Assembly: GCA_013360445.1 (NCBI GenBank)
Contig: JABWBP010000005.1
Coordinates: 20,487 to 84,486, forward strand
Reading direction: 5' to 3'
Source: Calditrichaceae bacterium
GTDB lineage: Bacteria > Calditrichota > Calditrichia > RBG-13-44-9 > J075
Length of the DNA: 64,000 nucleotides
The translations under genes were made by a program, and so were the position numbers. The first letter of the stretch is position 1, and every line of letters begins with the position of its first letter. The notes below the pieces were generated by a model, which did not search any database, was not told the DNA's origin, and worked only from the letters and a program-made list of their open reading frames with translations. Below, one piece after another: positions 45,447 to 54,827 of the stretch.

Positions 45447-48400
45447 TCAAAAATTAAACGAATGGCGGAAACGGAAGCGGAAGTCATTGGTGATTTGCTC
45501 ATTATAGAACGGGTTGAACTGAAATTTATTCCACTCCACTTCAAACAGAAGGTTGTACAGCAGCCGGTATTCCATCCCAAAGGTATGGTTGACGCCTAAT
45601 TTGGATTCTTCGTATCCCAAAACCAGCTCGCCGGTATAGGTGAGGTAAAGATCCCGCAGCAAATATTTACCCATCGTTATGCCTGAGCTATGGAGTAATA
45701 GTAACGCCGGATCAATATTATTGTTCAAATTCGGGGCTAAAAAGGTGGTGGAGTTCAGTTGCGCCCGGTCCTGGAAGCTGAGGTAAAAAAGATTCGCGGT
45801 AAAATTGGAGCGCAACCGGACATAATCCACGTGCAACCCCCGCTCCATCTGGCGTTCGATGGGCCGGAAGAGGGGCCGGATCAAAAAGTTCTCGGTCATG
45901 CTCAAACCCACTTCCCCGGCCTTATAGTGCAGGTTTCGCACACTGTATCCCAGGTAAGAGAGCACCTGTTCCTGGGTTTCCCCGGTAACCTCATCCCGGG
46001 AAACCAGTTTGAAGCGAAAGTCCTCCCAGCGCCCCTTGGAAACCTCTTTTTTGGTTACCGGGTCGATGACGTATAATACCAGGTAGATATCCCGGGGGAA
46101 ATTCCCCGTGGAGTCGCGCACAGTCGTGTAAGCCCGGCCATACACCTCCGGAAAAATCTCGAAGCGATTGAATTCCGCCCCGAACCGCTCTACCCGGAAC
46201 TTTACATCCAGGTACTCCACCTGCCCGCGGGTGGATTCCACCGCTCCCTCCACCCGGAAAGTTTCATCCGCCAATCGCCCGCTAAAATCCAGCCCGGCAG
46301 AGGCGTTATCGATATCCAGCTCCATAAAAACCTCCCCCACGTAGGCCGGCACCTTCACGAAGTAGTGGTTATTCCTGCCGGGCAGGGAGTTGATGTCCCA
46401 GCGCATATTCATCAAAAAATCCACCACTTTATTCTCTTCGTAAAATTTTTCATCCTCGTCGTACATGCCGATGAAGGGGAAGGTAACCCGGCAATTGTAA
46501 AGCGTCAGGGTTCCCCGGGCCAGGGGCAGCTCCGGGGGGCCGGCGAAGTAGAACTTTTCCCCCGGTTTTTTGCCGCTCGCGGCAAAGTAGCCGATATCGC
46601 CTTCCTCCATCATGCCGGGAATGGCCAACGGAATGCCCTGATCGGCGGTTTCCAGCGCCAGCACCCCAAAGTTCAACCCCACTTCGTCGAATATCCAGGG
46701 AGCAAGCCGGGTGGTGTCTATCGTAACCTCGGGCAGGTTGTAAATGCGCGCCCGGCGGTTACCCACCAACCCTTCGATGGTTTTGATATGGATGAAATTG
46801 CCCGCCCCGGTTAGCTCCACCTCGGCTTTCAATTGCGCCAGCGCGGGGATGACGCCGTCGAATTCCAGGGAACCGTTGAAAATTTGCAGGCGCATCGCCT
46901 CTAAGGAAGGGCGGGAGCGGGTTCCGATCACCCGCGCGAAGAAGTTCCCCTCGCAATCCGGGTTTTTGAAATAGGGCAGTAGTTTCGGCAGTTCTGCCAG
47001 CACGTTTCCCCGGGCGGTGATGCGCATATCCATGGGCGCGTCGGGATCGACCCCGATGAACCCTTCCCCCTCCACGGTGTACTCATCGCGGTTGATATAG
47101 ATGAATTTCCGCACCCGCACGAGGTGGTTGCTAAGCTCCCAAAACGGTTCCCCGGCCGCCACGGAATCTTCGAAAGTCAGGATGATGGTATCGAAAGGAT
47201 TGTTTTTGAACAGCCCGTTTTTGATCTGCACGTCCCCGTAAATGGCCGGGCGGCTCATGGGACCGGCGGCCGCAATGGTGTAATTGAAGTTTCCGCGAAT
47301 GATCTCCGGGTCGCGAAATACCGTCTCGGCCAGGAAATTGCTCTCCACGTTCTCCGCCCGGATGGCCAGGTTCAGGGAATCGGTCTGCAAGTTCCAGGCG
47401 AAATCCGCGTTGAAAACCTGCTCGCCGTTCAGCCGCACCCAGAAATTGTCGAAATTCAAGCGATAATTCTCCAGGGTTCCGGAGAACCGGGTGTCGTAAT
47501 ATCCCACCCGGTTCACGATAAAATCCGTCGCTTCCAGGTTGAACTTCAGCCGGGGATTGCTGACCGTCCCTTCCACGGCCATCTCTCCCTGGATCACCCC
47601 TTCTTCGAAAACCGCCCCGATAGTGGGGCTATTTTGCAGGTAATCGGCGATAGAGAAGCGCTCGATGCGGATATTTCCCCGGAAAGGCGCATCAGGGCGG
47701 GCGCCGGAAAACAGATCCCCGTGGAATAGATTTTCCGCATCGATGCGGGTGAACATGCCCTCTTCGGAAGAATTTATTTCAAAGTCGCCTTTGAGCGGTT
47801 GCGGGGCGGTGGCAGCGCTGAATTTGCCCTTGATTTTCTGGTTCTCCATAAAAATATCCCGGATATTGGCGGAAAGCGAGAAAACGTCGCGCTGGCGATC
47901 GCCGCTGATGATATTCATGTTTGCATGAAGAAAGTTGTAGGGGCCGGAAAAATTGAAATCGACTGCGCGCCCGGCCACGAATCCGGCCGCCAGGGGATTC
48001 CGGGTAAAGCGCAGCGCCGGGAAATCCTTCACGTCCAAAACGGCCACGTTGGGATCGCTGAACAGGTTTTTGATCGTGCCCTTGACGGCAAAATCATCCG
48101 CCAGGTCTTCGGAATGGAGGCTGAAGTCGAAAAGCTGGTCCTGCAGGATGAATGGTCCCCGCCCTTTTACGAACAGGCTGTCCTGCCCGTGTACCTGGTA
48201 TTTGAAGGTTCCCCCGAACAGTTTGGCGCGGAAGTCGCCCCCGAAATCGGTATGCAGCAGGATTTTCCCGCCGTTCAGGGCGTCGAAAATGCTAAAGTAG
48301 CTCGCCGGCACGGAAATGTCGGAGTCCAGGTCGAGGTCGATTCGATTTTCCGCAAAATTCACCTCCCCGGTTCCCTGGGTGCGGAATTTCATAAAATCCG

Positions 48401-49622
48401 CCCGCAGGTAGGGGAATTCCATCAATTTGCTGCGGGTATTGTAATTCAGGCGCAGGCGCACGGTATTGAAGGGCGCCACGGCGTACAACAGCGCCGGGCA
48501 GCGCAGGTCCGCGGCAATGTCGAGGGAGTTGAACGGCCCGGTAAACGCGGCGCGGGCGGCAATTTTTCCCTCGTAGGCGTAATCAAAAATGGAGTGTGAT
48601 TTTTTGAGATTCGCAGCGGAATAGTTCGCCACTTCTAAGTTCCAGTCCGCTTCCGGGTGGAAAAGGTCCGCAACCGCGCCAAAAAATTGCCCCGTTCCGT
48701 CTTCGATCTCGCAGGCAAACGGCTCGATGACCACCCCGCGCCGGGCGAAGCGCAGGGTAAGCTCCGCGGCCCGGGCGTGCTGGTTATGGATGTAGATGGA
48801 AAAATCCCGCACCCGGATCGCGCCGTCAAAAGCGAGGCTGTCCGGAGAGAACCCCCGGTTGGTGATTCCCACCCGGCCGGCCAGCCGGGCGTTTTCCAGT
48901 TGCAAGAAGCCGAGTTTCCAGAAGGGCCAGTTGGAGGTAATGATACATTCGTTGAGGGCCAAATCCGCGGAGAATTTCCTGGCCGGAAAATCCACAGTCC
49001 CGGTTAAGTTGATAGAAGAATTGGCGGCGCCTAAGAATTCTCCTTGCAGATTCAAATCCGCCTGCTCCAGGTGGGAGGAATAAGCCACCCGTCCCGCCAG
49101 GCGGTTCAGGAGGGGGAATTCCTTGCCTCCCGGCGCTTTCAGAAGGATGCCCCCATCTTCAACGGAGATAAAATTAATGCCCGGAAATTCGCGGATGCTG
49201 GAAAAAATATCCTGGAAAAGTTTTTCCATGGGGATTGCGCCGCTTCCCGCGAGGGCGGGTTTCTCCGAATAATAGAGGTTGAATTTGGGATTGACTAAGG
49301 TGACCGAAGTGAGGCAGTGGGGAATTTGAAATTTGTGGGTGATGAGTTTAAAGGGATTGAACCCGATGCGGATCTCTTCTAATTCCAGGCTGAAGGTGGC
49401 GTTTTCATCGGCGGCGCGGAGTTTGTAAAATGATAACGAATTGAAGCCCGCGGAGAAATCGTTGATCAAAAACAACTCCCCGAAGTAGGGCTGGAGTTTT
49501 TTGACCAGCAGGGTCCTTATCTCGGTTTTGACCGGGGTGAAGGTCCAGAGCAGGTACCATCCCAGGGCTACCGACATAAGGGTAATGAAAAGGTAAAAAT
49601 GCCAACTGCGCTTGTGTTTCAT
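45447..49622 (-). CDS. tamB: Translocation and assembly module protein TamB-like (AsmA-family, DUF490 C-terminus).
   Basis: About 1390 aa, N-terminal TM anchor, long beta-rich body, and a conserved C-terminal DUF490-like segment. Start at MKHKRSWHFY. Confidence 0.8.
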   Translation of the reverse strand: MKHKRSWHFYLFITLMSVALGWYLLWTFTPVKTEIRTLLVKKLQPYFGELFLINDFSAGFNSLSFYKLRAADENATFSLELEEIRIGFNPFKLITHKFQIPHCLTSVTLVNPKFNLYYSEKPALAGSGAIPMEKLFQDIFSSIREFPGINFISVEDGGILLKAPGGKEFPLLNRLAGRVAYSSHLEQADLNLQGEFLGAANSSINLTGTVDFPARKFSADLALNECIITSNWPFWKLGFLQLENARLAGRVGITNRGFSPDSLAFDGAIRVRDFSIYIHNQHARAAELTLRFARRGVVIEPFACEIEDGTGQFFGAVADLFHPEADWNLEVANYSAANLKKSHSIFDYAYEGKIAARAAFTGPFNSLDIAADLRCPALLYAVAPFNTVRLRLNYNTRSKLMEFPYLRADFMKFRTQGTGEVNFAENRIDLDLDSDISVPASYFSIFDALNGGKILLHTDFGGDFRAKLFGGTFKYQVHGQDSLFVKGRGPFILQDQLFDFSLHSEDLADDFAVKGTIKNLFSDPNVAVLDVKDFPALRFTRNPLAAGFVAGRAVDFNFSGPYNFLHANMNIISGDRQRDVFSLSANIRDIFMENQKIKGKFSAATAPQPLKGDFEINSSEEGMFTRIDAENLFHGDLFSGARPDAPFRGNIRIERFSIADYLQNSPTIGAVFEEGVIQGEMAVEGTVSNPRLKFNLEATDFIVNRVGYYDTRFSGTLENYRLNFDNFWVRLNGEQVFNADFAWNLQTDSLNLAIRAENVESNFLAETVFRDPEIIRGNFNYTIAAAGPMSRPAIYGDVQIKNGLFKNNPFDTIILTFEDSVAAGEPFWELSNHLVRVRKFIYINRDEYTVEGEGFIGVDPDAPMDMRITARGNVLAELPKLLPYFKNPDCEGNFFARVIGTRSRPSLEAMRLQIFNGSLEFDGVIPALAQLKAEVELTGAGNFIHIKTIEGLVGNRRARIYNLPEVTIDTTRLAPWIFDEVGLNFGVLALETADQGIPLAIPGMMEEGDIGYFAASGKKPGEKFYFAGPPELPLARGTLTLYNCRVTFPFIGMYDEDEKFYEENKVVDFLMNMRWDINSLPGRNNHYFVKVPAYVGEVFMELDIDNASAGLDFSGRLADETFRVEGAVESTRGQVEYLDVKFRVERFGAEFNRFEIFPEVYGRAYTTVRDSTGNFPRDIYLVLYVIDPVTKKEVSKGRWEDFRFKLVSRDEVTGETQEQVLSYLGYSVRNLHYKAGEVGLSMTENFLIRPLFRPIERQMERGLHVDYVRLRSNFTANLFYLSFQDRAQLNSTTFLAPNLNNNIDPALLLLHSSGITMGKYLLRDLYLTYTGELVLGYEESKLGVNHTFGMEYRLLYNLLFEVEWNKFQFNPFYNEQITNDFRFRFRHSFNF

Positions 49623-49624
49623 TC

Positions 49625-49705
49625 CATTGCTCGTACTGGATGCTCGATGCTCGATATTCGATGTTTGATGCTTGAAACGGGCCTGTTGCATCGGGCATCG
49701 GTGAA
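49625..49705. repeat. ATGCTCG-word array with a GCATCGG complement (same family as 21626-21733).
   Basis: ctcgtactggatgctcgatgctcgatattcgatgtttgatgcttg ... ttgcatcgggcatcggtg. Confidence 0.55.
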
Positions 49706-49742
49706 GGGCGCCGCTAGGGGCGTTTGCAGTGTATTATAACGC

Positions 49743-49770
49743 GAACCTGCTAAAAGGTTCGGGGGTTTTT
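49743..49770 (+). terminator. Hairpin GAACC-tgctaaaa-GGTTC followed by GGGGGTTTTTT (plus-strand orientation).
   Basis: 5-bp stem plus T-run. It is weak, and no plus-strand gene lies upstream. Confidence 0.2.
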
Positions 49771-49808
49771 TAGAATTGGCAATTACCAATTGCCAATTGG
49801 CAATTAAA
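49771..49808. repeat. CAATTG heptamer palindromic array.
   Basis: tagaattggcaattaccaattgccaattggcaattaaaaac. Confidence 0.65.
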
Positions 49809-49814
49809 AACACT

Positions 49815-51122
49815 TTAAGGAACCAATAAATCGCCTACCGGCGACAACTCGAAGCCGCGCGAGCGCAATTCCCCGATCAATTCCGCCAGCATGGTGTACA
49901 TCCTGCCGTTCTGCCGCTCCGTTCCCAGGTGCATTAACACAATCGCGCCGTTCAAGCTCTGGCTGGCGTCATCTTTGTCCAGGATGGCGTCGCGCACGAC
50001 CTCCGGGGTTTTGTAGAGGGCAGAGTTCTCGTCGTTCACCCAGTCGTGGGTATCAAAACCGTTGCTCCAGCCGATGTGCCGGAAGCCCGCTTCCGCCGCC
50101 CAGTCTAAAATTTCCTGGTTGTATTCTCCAAAAGCCGCCCGCCAGTAGGGCTTCATGGGATTCCCCACCAGGGCGTTGAAGAGGCTGTCGGTGCGCAGCA
50201 ACTGGCGCTGGAGGTACTCCCGGGTCACGCCCGGGGCGTTATCGTGCCGGCGGTTTTGCTCGAAGGTGGTGAGGTGGGGATGGTCGTAGGTGTGGTTGCC
50301 GATCTCGTGCCCGGCGTTGACCATTTCCAGCACCAATTCGGGGTATTTTTCGATGAACTGCCCGGTGAGGAACATGGTGGTAACCACCTGTTTTTCTTGC
50401 AGAATGGTTAAGATCTCCTTGGCGCCTTCCGCGCTGGAGCCGCCGTCGAAGGTAAGCGAAAGCTGCCGGCGCTGGCGATTGCCGCGCACCACCGGGTAGC
50501 GCAGCGCTTCCACCAGGGAGTTCTTGTAAGTGATTTCCAGGTGATCTTCATACACTAATTGCTGGCGCTCGTTCCAAACCCCGATGCGGAGGAGATTGCG
50601 GCCGTACTGCAACGGAAGGGGAAAACGCTGAGCGCCCCCGGCGGAAACGATCTGGCTGAGAATCGGCCAGTCGTTGCGCCAGACCGTGAGCACCGCCCCG
50701 CGTTCCAGGGAAAGATTCAGATCGTAGGTTTTTTGGGCGAGTATTTCGGAACGGAATGGCTGCCCGCTGCGCGCCAGGGAGTCGATTTGATCGGGCCGGG
50801 GAACGGGAAGGCTCTCGCCGGCATCTACCGGGAGCAAGGCCGGCGATTCCCCGGGGGAGACGCTTCCGGCCCCGGGCAGATAGAGCGCCAGCGCCAGCAA
50901 TCCTAACGTCAACACCGCGTTCCAACCTAATAGAATGGGAAATTTGCGCTTCTTGACCGGGGCCCAGATTTGCTGCAAGCGGAACAGAAGGTAACATTTG
51001 CGCCCGCAAAAATAATGGCGGTTCAGGTGCCGGCGGCATTCCAGGCAAATATCTTTTTTGCAGTGATAACAACGGGTTTTGGCGATCACCGCGGGATGCC
51101 GGTAACAGAATTTTATTGCCAT
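49815..51122 (-). CDS. Polysaccharide deacetylase (NodB homology domain) with an N-terminal B-box-type zinc finger and a TM segment.
   Basis: N-terminus CYRHP...CYHC...CLEC...C...C (B-box-like Cys/His spacing). NodB motifs TFDGG and HTYDHPHL. Confidence 0.75.
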   Translation of the reverse strand: MAIKFCYRHPAVIAKTRCYHCKKDICLECRRHLNRHYFCGRKCYLLFRLQQIWAPVKKRKFPILLGWNAVLTLGLLALALYLPGAGSVSPGESPALLPVDAGESLPVPRPDQIDSLARSGQPFRSEILAQKTYDLNLSLERGAVLTVWRNDWPILSQIVSAGGAQRFPLPLQYGRNLLRIGVWNERQQLVYEDHLEITYKNSLVEALRYPVVRGNRQRRQLSLTFDGGSSAEGAKEILTILQEKQVVTTMFLTGQFIEKYPELVLEMVNAGHEIGNHTYDHPHLTTFEQNRRHDNAPGVTREYLQRQLLRTDSLFNALVGNPMKPYWRAAFGEYNQEILDWAAEAGFRHIGWSNGFDTHDWVNDENSALYKTPEVVRDAILDKDDASQSLNGAIVLMHLGTERQNGRMYTMLAELIGELRSRGFELSPVGDLLVP

Positions 51123-51168
51123 GACTCTCTTGGGTTCGCTTTCCGAAGTCGCAAGGGCCGGTTGCGCT

Positions 51169-52539
51169 TTACAGATTATACTTTTTAACCTTATTTCTCA
51201 AAGTACGCAGGGTAAAACCCATCTTTCTGGCCGCCTGGGTTTTGTTGTTCCCGGTTTCGCTAAGCGCCTGGCGGATGATTTCCCGTTCGCAGGCTTCCAA
51301 TTTTTCCTTGTAGCCCAGGTTGCTGTCCTCTAACACCCGGTCGAACAGGGGCGAGCCGGTGGCCCGGGGCCCCTGCAAATACGCCGGGAGGTCCTGGGCG
51401 GCGATATGAGTCCCCTCGCACATCACCACCGCGTTTTCGATGGCGTTTTCCAGCTCCCGCACGTTGCCGGGCCAGTCGTAGCCCATCAGGAGCTTGCGGG
51501 CTTCTTCCGATATTCCCTGGATTTGGCGCTGATCCTTCAGTACGTATTTTTTGAGAAAATGGTCGGTGAGCGGGCCGATGTCCTCCAAACGCTCCCGCAA
51601 AGGGGGAATCAGGATCGGGATAACGTTCAGGCGGTAGTAGAGGTCTTCCCGGAACAGCTTTTCCGCCATGCGTTTTTCCAGGTCGGCGTTGGTGGCGGCG
51701 ATCAGGCGCACGTCCACCTCGATATTGTCCACCCCGCCTACCCGGTTGAAGCGTTTTTCCTGCAACACCCGCAGCAGCTTCGCCTGCAAGGAGAGCGGAA
51801 GCTCGCCGATCTCGTCCAAGAACAGGGTGCCTTTGTCGGCGATCTCGAACTTGCCCTTCTTCATTTTATAAGCGCCGGTGAAGGCGCCCTTTTCATGGCC
51901 GAACAGCTCGCTCTCTAACAGGTTTTCCGGGATAGAGGCGCAATTGATCTCTACCATGGCGTGATTCTGGCGCTTGCTCTGGAAATGCACCGCCCGGGCG
52001 ATCAGCTCTTTGCCGGTGCCGCTCTCTCCCCGCAGCAGCACCGTGGCGTCCGTGGCCGCGACTTTGGCGATCTTTTGGAACACTTCCTGCATCTTCCCGC
52101 TTACCCCGATGATATTCTCGAAGCGATACGTGCGGGTCAATTTGGATTTCAGATCCAGGTTTTCGCTGATGAGGCGTTTTTCTTCCAGCGCCCGGCGGAT
52201 AATGATCAGCAGCTCGTCTAAGTTGATGGGCTTGGTCAAATAGTCATAGATGCCCATTTTCATGGCGTTCACGGCGTTTTTGACGGTGCCGAAAGCGGTC
52301 ATCATAATGATTTTGATGTCCGGCTGGTTTTCCAGCAGCACGCCGGATAACTCCAGCCCGTTCTGGTCCGGCAGCAGGTAATCCATCAATACCAGGTCGA
52401 AAGCGCCTTTGTTGAACTCGCCCAGGGCCATGCGGGCATTTTTTGCCTTGCAGATTTCGAGGTTCTCTTCTTCCAGGATTTCGGCCAGGCCGTTCAAGGT
52501 ATTGATGTCATCTTCGACGATAAGGATTTTTTCTTTCAT
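51169..52539 (-). CDS. Sigma-54-dependent response regulator (NtrC family).
   Basis: Receiver domain, AAA+ domain with GESGTGKE and GAFTGA, and a C-terminal Fis-type HTH. Confidence 0.9.
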   Translation of the reverse strand: MKEKILIVEDDINTLNGLAEILEEENLEICKAKNARMALGEFNKGAFDLVLMDYLLPDQNGLELSGVLLENQPDIKIIMMTAFGTVKNAVNAMKMGIYDYLTKPINLDELLIIIRRALEEKRLISENLDLKSKLTRTYRFENIIGVSGKMQEVFQKIAKVAATDATVLLRGESGTGKELIARAVHFQSKRQNHAMVEINCASIPENLLESELFGHEKGAFTGAYKMKKGKFEIADKGTLFLDEIGELPLSLQAKLLRVLQEKRFNRVGGVDNIEVDVRLIAATNADLEKRMAEKLFREDLYYRLNVIPILIPPLRERLEDIGPLTDHFLKKYVLKDQRQIQGISEEARKLLMGYDWPGNVRELENAIENAVVMCEGTHIAAQDLPAYLQGPRATGSPLFDRVLEDSNLGYKEKLEACEREIIRQALSETGNNKTQAARKMGFTLRTLRNKVKKYNL

Positions 52540-52629
52540 AACAATGGCAATTTTCGATTGAAGATCAACAGTTTACGATTTATGAGCGTCCCGGCGGACC
52601 AAAGCACTTCATCGCGCCGGGGGCTACGC

Positions 52630-52765
52630 GTGCAGAACTGAAATTTTGCACCACAGGAGCCGCTTTGAGGCGCTCCAGCCGTTTTAATTGACAATTGGCA
52701 ATTAGCAATTGGCAATTGCCAATTATACCCTGATTGAGCGTGCAAAACTGAAGTTTTGCACTCCT
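52630..52765. repeat. A REP-like hairpin variant, then a CAATTG array, then a REP-like hairpin.
   Basis: gtgcagaactgaaattttgcac ... ttaattgacaattggcaattagcaattggcaattgccaatta ... gtgcaaaactgaagttttgcactcc. Confidence 0.65.
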
Positions 52766-52775
52766 GCCCCTGCCC

Positions 52776-54620
52776 CTACACATTTCCCCCCGGTTCATCA
52801 ATCGGCAGTTCGATGAATACCGAGGTTCCCACTTTCGGGGTGCTTTCAATATACACAACTCCTTTATGCCCCTCAACAATTTGTTTGGCAATTGCCAGTC
52901 CCAGCCCGCTGCCGGCGCGTTTGGTGGTATGGTAGAATTCGAAAACGTCCTTCAAAATCTCTTTGGGGATGCCCGCCCCGGTATCCCGGAATTCGATTTT
53001 GATATAATACCCCTGTTCCTTATCGGATTTTTCTTTGCGGATAATAGCGGTTTTGATCCACAGAATCCCTCCCTCCTCCATCGCTTCGAAAGCGTTGATG
53101 ATGATATTATGAAAAACCTGTTTGAGCTGGTTGTAATCGAACATGCCGGTAACGGCCCCGTTCTTGAATTCCTTCGCCGGGGCAAATTCCTGTTTGAGCG
53201 CCACTCTTAAAGAAGCGGCCCGGGCCGCCTGGATCATGATAATGTCCTCCAGCACCTGGTGAATATCGGTGCGGATGAGATTCAATTCCGGGGGGCGGGC
53301 GATGGTTAGAAAGTTGGTCACCAGCTCGTTGATGCGGGAGATTTCCGAAGAGATTACCTCCAGGTACTTGATCTTCTTTTCCGGGGAGATTTCCTTGCGA
53401 TGGATGAGGCGCTTCAAAATCTGCATGTTGATGTTCATGGAATTGAGGGGATTGCGGATTTCATGGCTCACCAGGGCGGAAAAACGGCTCAGCGCCTCTA
53501 ACCGTTCCATCTTTTGCAATTTCCGCTGGTTGCTCAGCAGGGAGCGGGCCATGGAGTTGAACTCCTGCGCCAGCTCGCCTAACTCATCCTGGTTTTTCAT
53601 TTGAATTTTATGCTGCAAATTGCCGCTGCCGTATTCCCGAACTCCCTGCACTAATTGCAGCAGCGGTCTGGTAAACCGTCTCACCCCTAATATTCCTAAT
53701 ACCAGCGCCACCAGGACGGTAATAGTGGTGAATATCCACAAGCGCACCTGCATCTGGTGCGCCAGGGTAAACGCTTCGTCCAGGGATTGCTGCACCACAA
53801 TGCCCCATCCCAACTGGGGAATGGGAACGTACACCAGGATGTTCTCCTCGCGGTCGATCGTGTAGGCGGTAATTCCTTCTTTGCCGGATTTCAGCTCCCG
53901 GGAAAATTCATAAAGAGAGTAGTCTTCCTGCTCGAAGACCTTTTCTTTATTCCGGTGCGCGATAACCTGACTCTCCGCGCTGAGCAGGAAAGCGAAGCCG
54001 GTTTTTCCGATGGTAACGCTGTCCACCACCGCCCAGATGGTTTTCAAATCGATCTCCGCAGCCAGCACCCCCAGCACCTGGTTGTATTTTTTGATCGGCT
54101 CCGAAACGGTGAGCAGGGGGAAGCGCGAAGGGGTGAAGTACACCTCGGAGAAATAGGAGCTGTCTTTCATCGCCCGGGTGAAAAGAGGCTCCCCGCTCAA
54201 ATCCTGCATTTCTTCCCCGAACCGGGTGGTGGCGGTTACCCGCCCGCTGTCATTCAACACAAAAACGGTGCGGAAGATGGGTTCTTCATCTTTTATTTTA
54301 TTGATCAGGTTGCTCTGGGTAAAGCGGTCCATGTCGGTAATATCGCGGGTGAGCGCGGCGCTGTGCAAAATGGTCAGGGGTTCTTTGATGAAGAGGTAGA
54401 TCTCATTGGCGGCGCGGCGGGCGATTTCCAGGTTGCGCTCGTAAATGTAGGATTGCACGGTGTTGCGGGTCAGGGAAATCAGGATCAGGCTGACGATCAA
54501 CAGCGGCAGGGTTCCTAACCCCACGTAGGTAATCATCAAACGATTGGAGATTTTCCGGGAAAGGAAGTGTTGGAAATTGCCCCGGGCTGCCCGAAGGCGC
54601 TGTTGAAAAGCCAGTTTCAT
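52776..54620 (-). CDS. Sensor histidine kinase (TM helix, dCache-like periplasmic domain, HAMP, HisKA, HATPase).
   Basis: H-box ALVSHEIRNPL, and the N, G1 and G2 boxes (DTGAGI, GSGLGLAI). Confidence 0.9.
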   Translation of the reverse strand: MKLAFQQRLRAARGNFQHFLSRKISNRLMITYVGLGTLPLLIVSLILISLTRNTVQSYIYERNLEIARRAANEIYLFIKEPLTILHSAALTRDITDMDRFTQSNLINKIKDEEPIFRTVFVLNDSGRVTATTRFGEEMQDLSGEPLFTRAMKDSSYFSEVYFTPSRFPLLTVSEPIKKYNQVLGVLAAEIDLKTIWAVVDSVTIGKTGFAFLLSAESQVIAHRNKEKVFEQEDYSLYEFSRELKSGKEGITAYTIDREENILVYVPIPQLGWGIVVQQSLDEAFTLAHQMQVRLWIFTTITVLVALVLGILGVRRFTRPLLQLVQGVREYGSGNLQHKIQMKNQDELGELAQEFNSMARSLLSNQRKLQKMERLEALSRFSALVSHEIRNPLNSMNINMQILKRLIHRKEISPEKKIKYLEVISSEISRINELVTNFLTIARPPELNLIRTDIHQVLEDIIMIQAARAASLRVALKQEFAPAKEFKNGAVTGMFDYNQLKQVFHNIIINAFEAMEEGGILWIKTAIIRKEKSDKEQGYYIKIEFRDTGAGIPKEILKDVFEFYHTTKRAGSGLGLAIAKQIVEGHKGVVYIESTPKVGTSVFIELPIDEPGGNV

Positions 54621-54645
54621 TTAATCACGTTGTGAGTTTGACCTC

Positions 54646-54820
54646 GGAGTGCAAAGCTTCAGCTTTGCACTGTATCGGAGTGTAAAACTCCGGCTTTGCA
54701 GTTTAATTCCTCATCGAGCAGTTCCGGCGTTTGCCCTGTTGCGAAGCGGCTCCTTCGGAGGATTGCCGTCAGATTGAGGATTTTTCAGGGTTGTGCAAAA
54801 CTGAAGTTTTGCACTCCGCT
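54646..54820. repeat. Three REP-like hairpins, two of them degenerate variants.
   Basis: ggagtgcaaagcttcagctttgcactg; ggagtgtaaaactccggctttgcag; gtgcaaaactgaagttttgcactcc. Confidence 0.6.
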
Positions 54821-54827
54821 TCTCGGG

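Noticed and set aside
47124-48599. Plus-strand ORFs inside tamB (47124-47729, 47799-48599).
   Set aside because: Antisense frames of a very long gene. No motifs, and the tamB frame is continuous and consistent.
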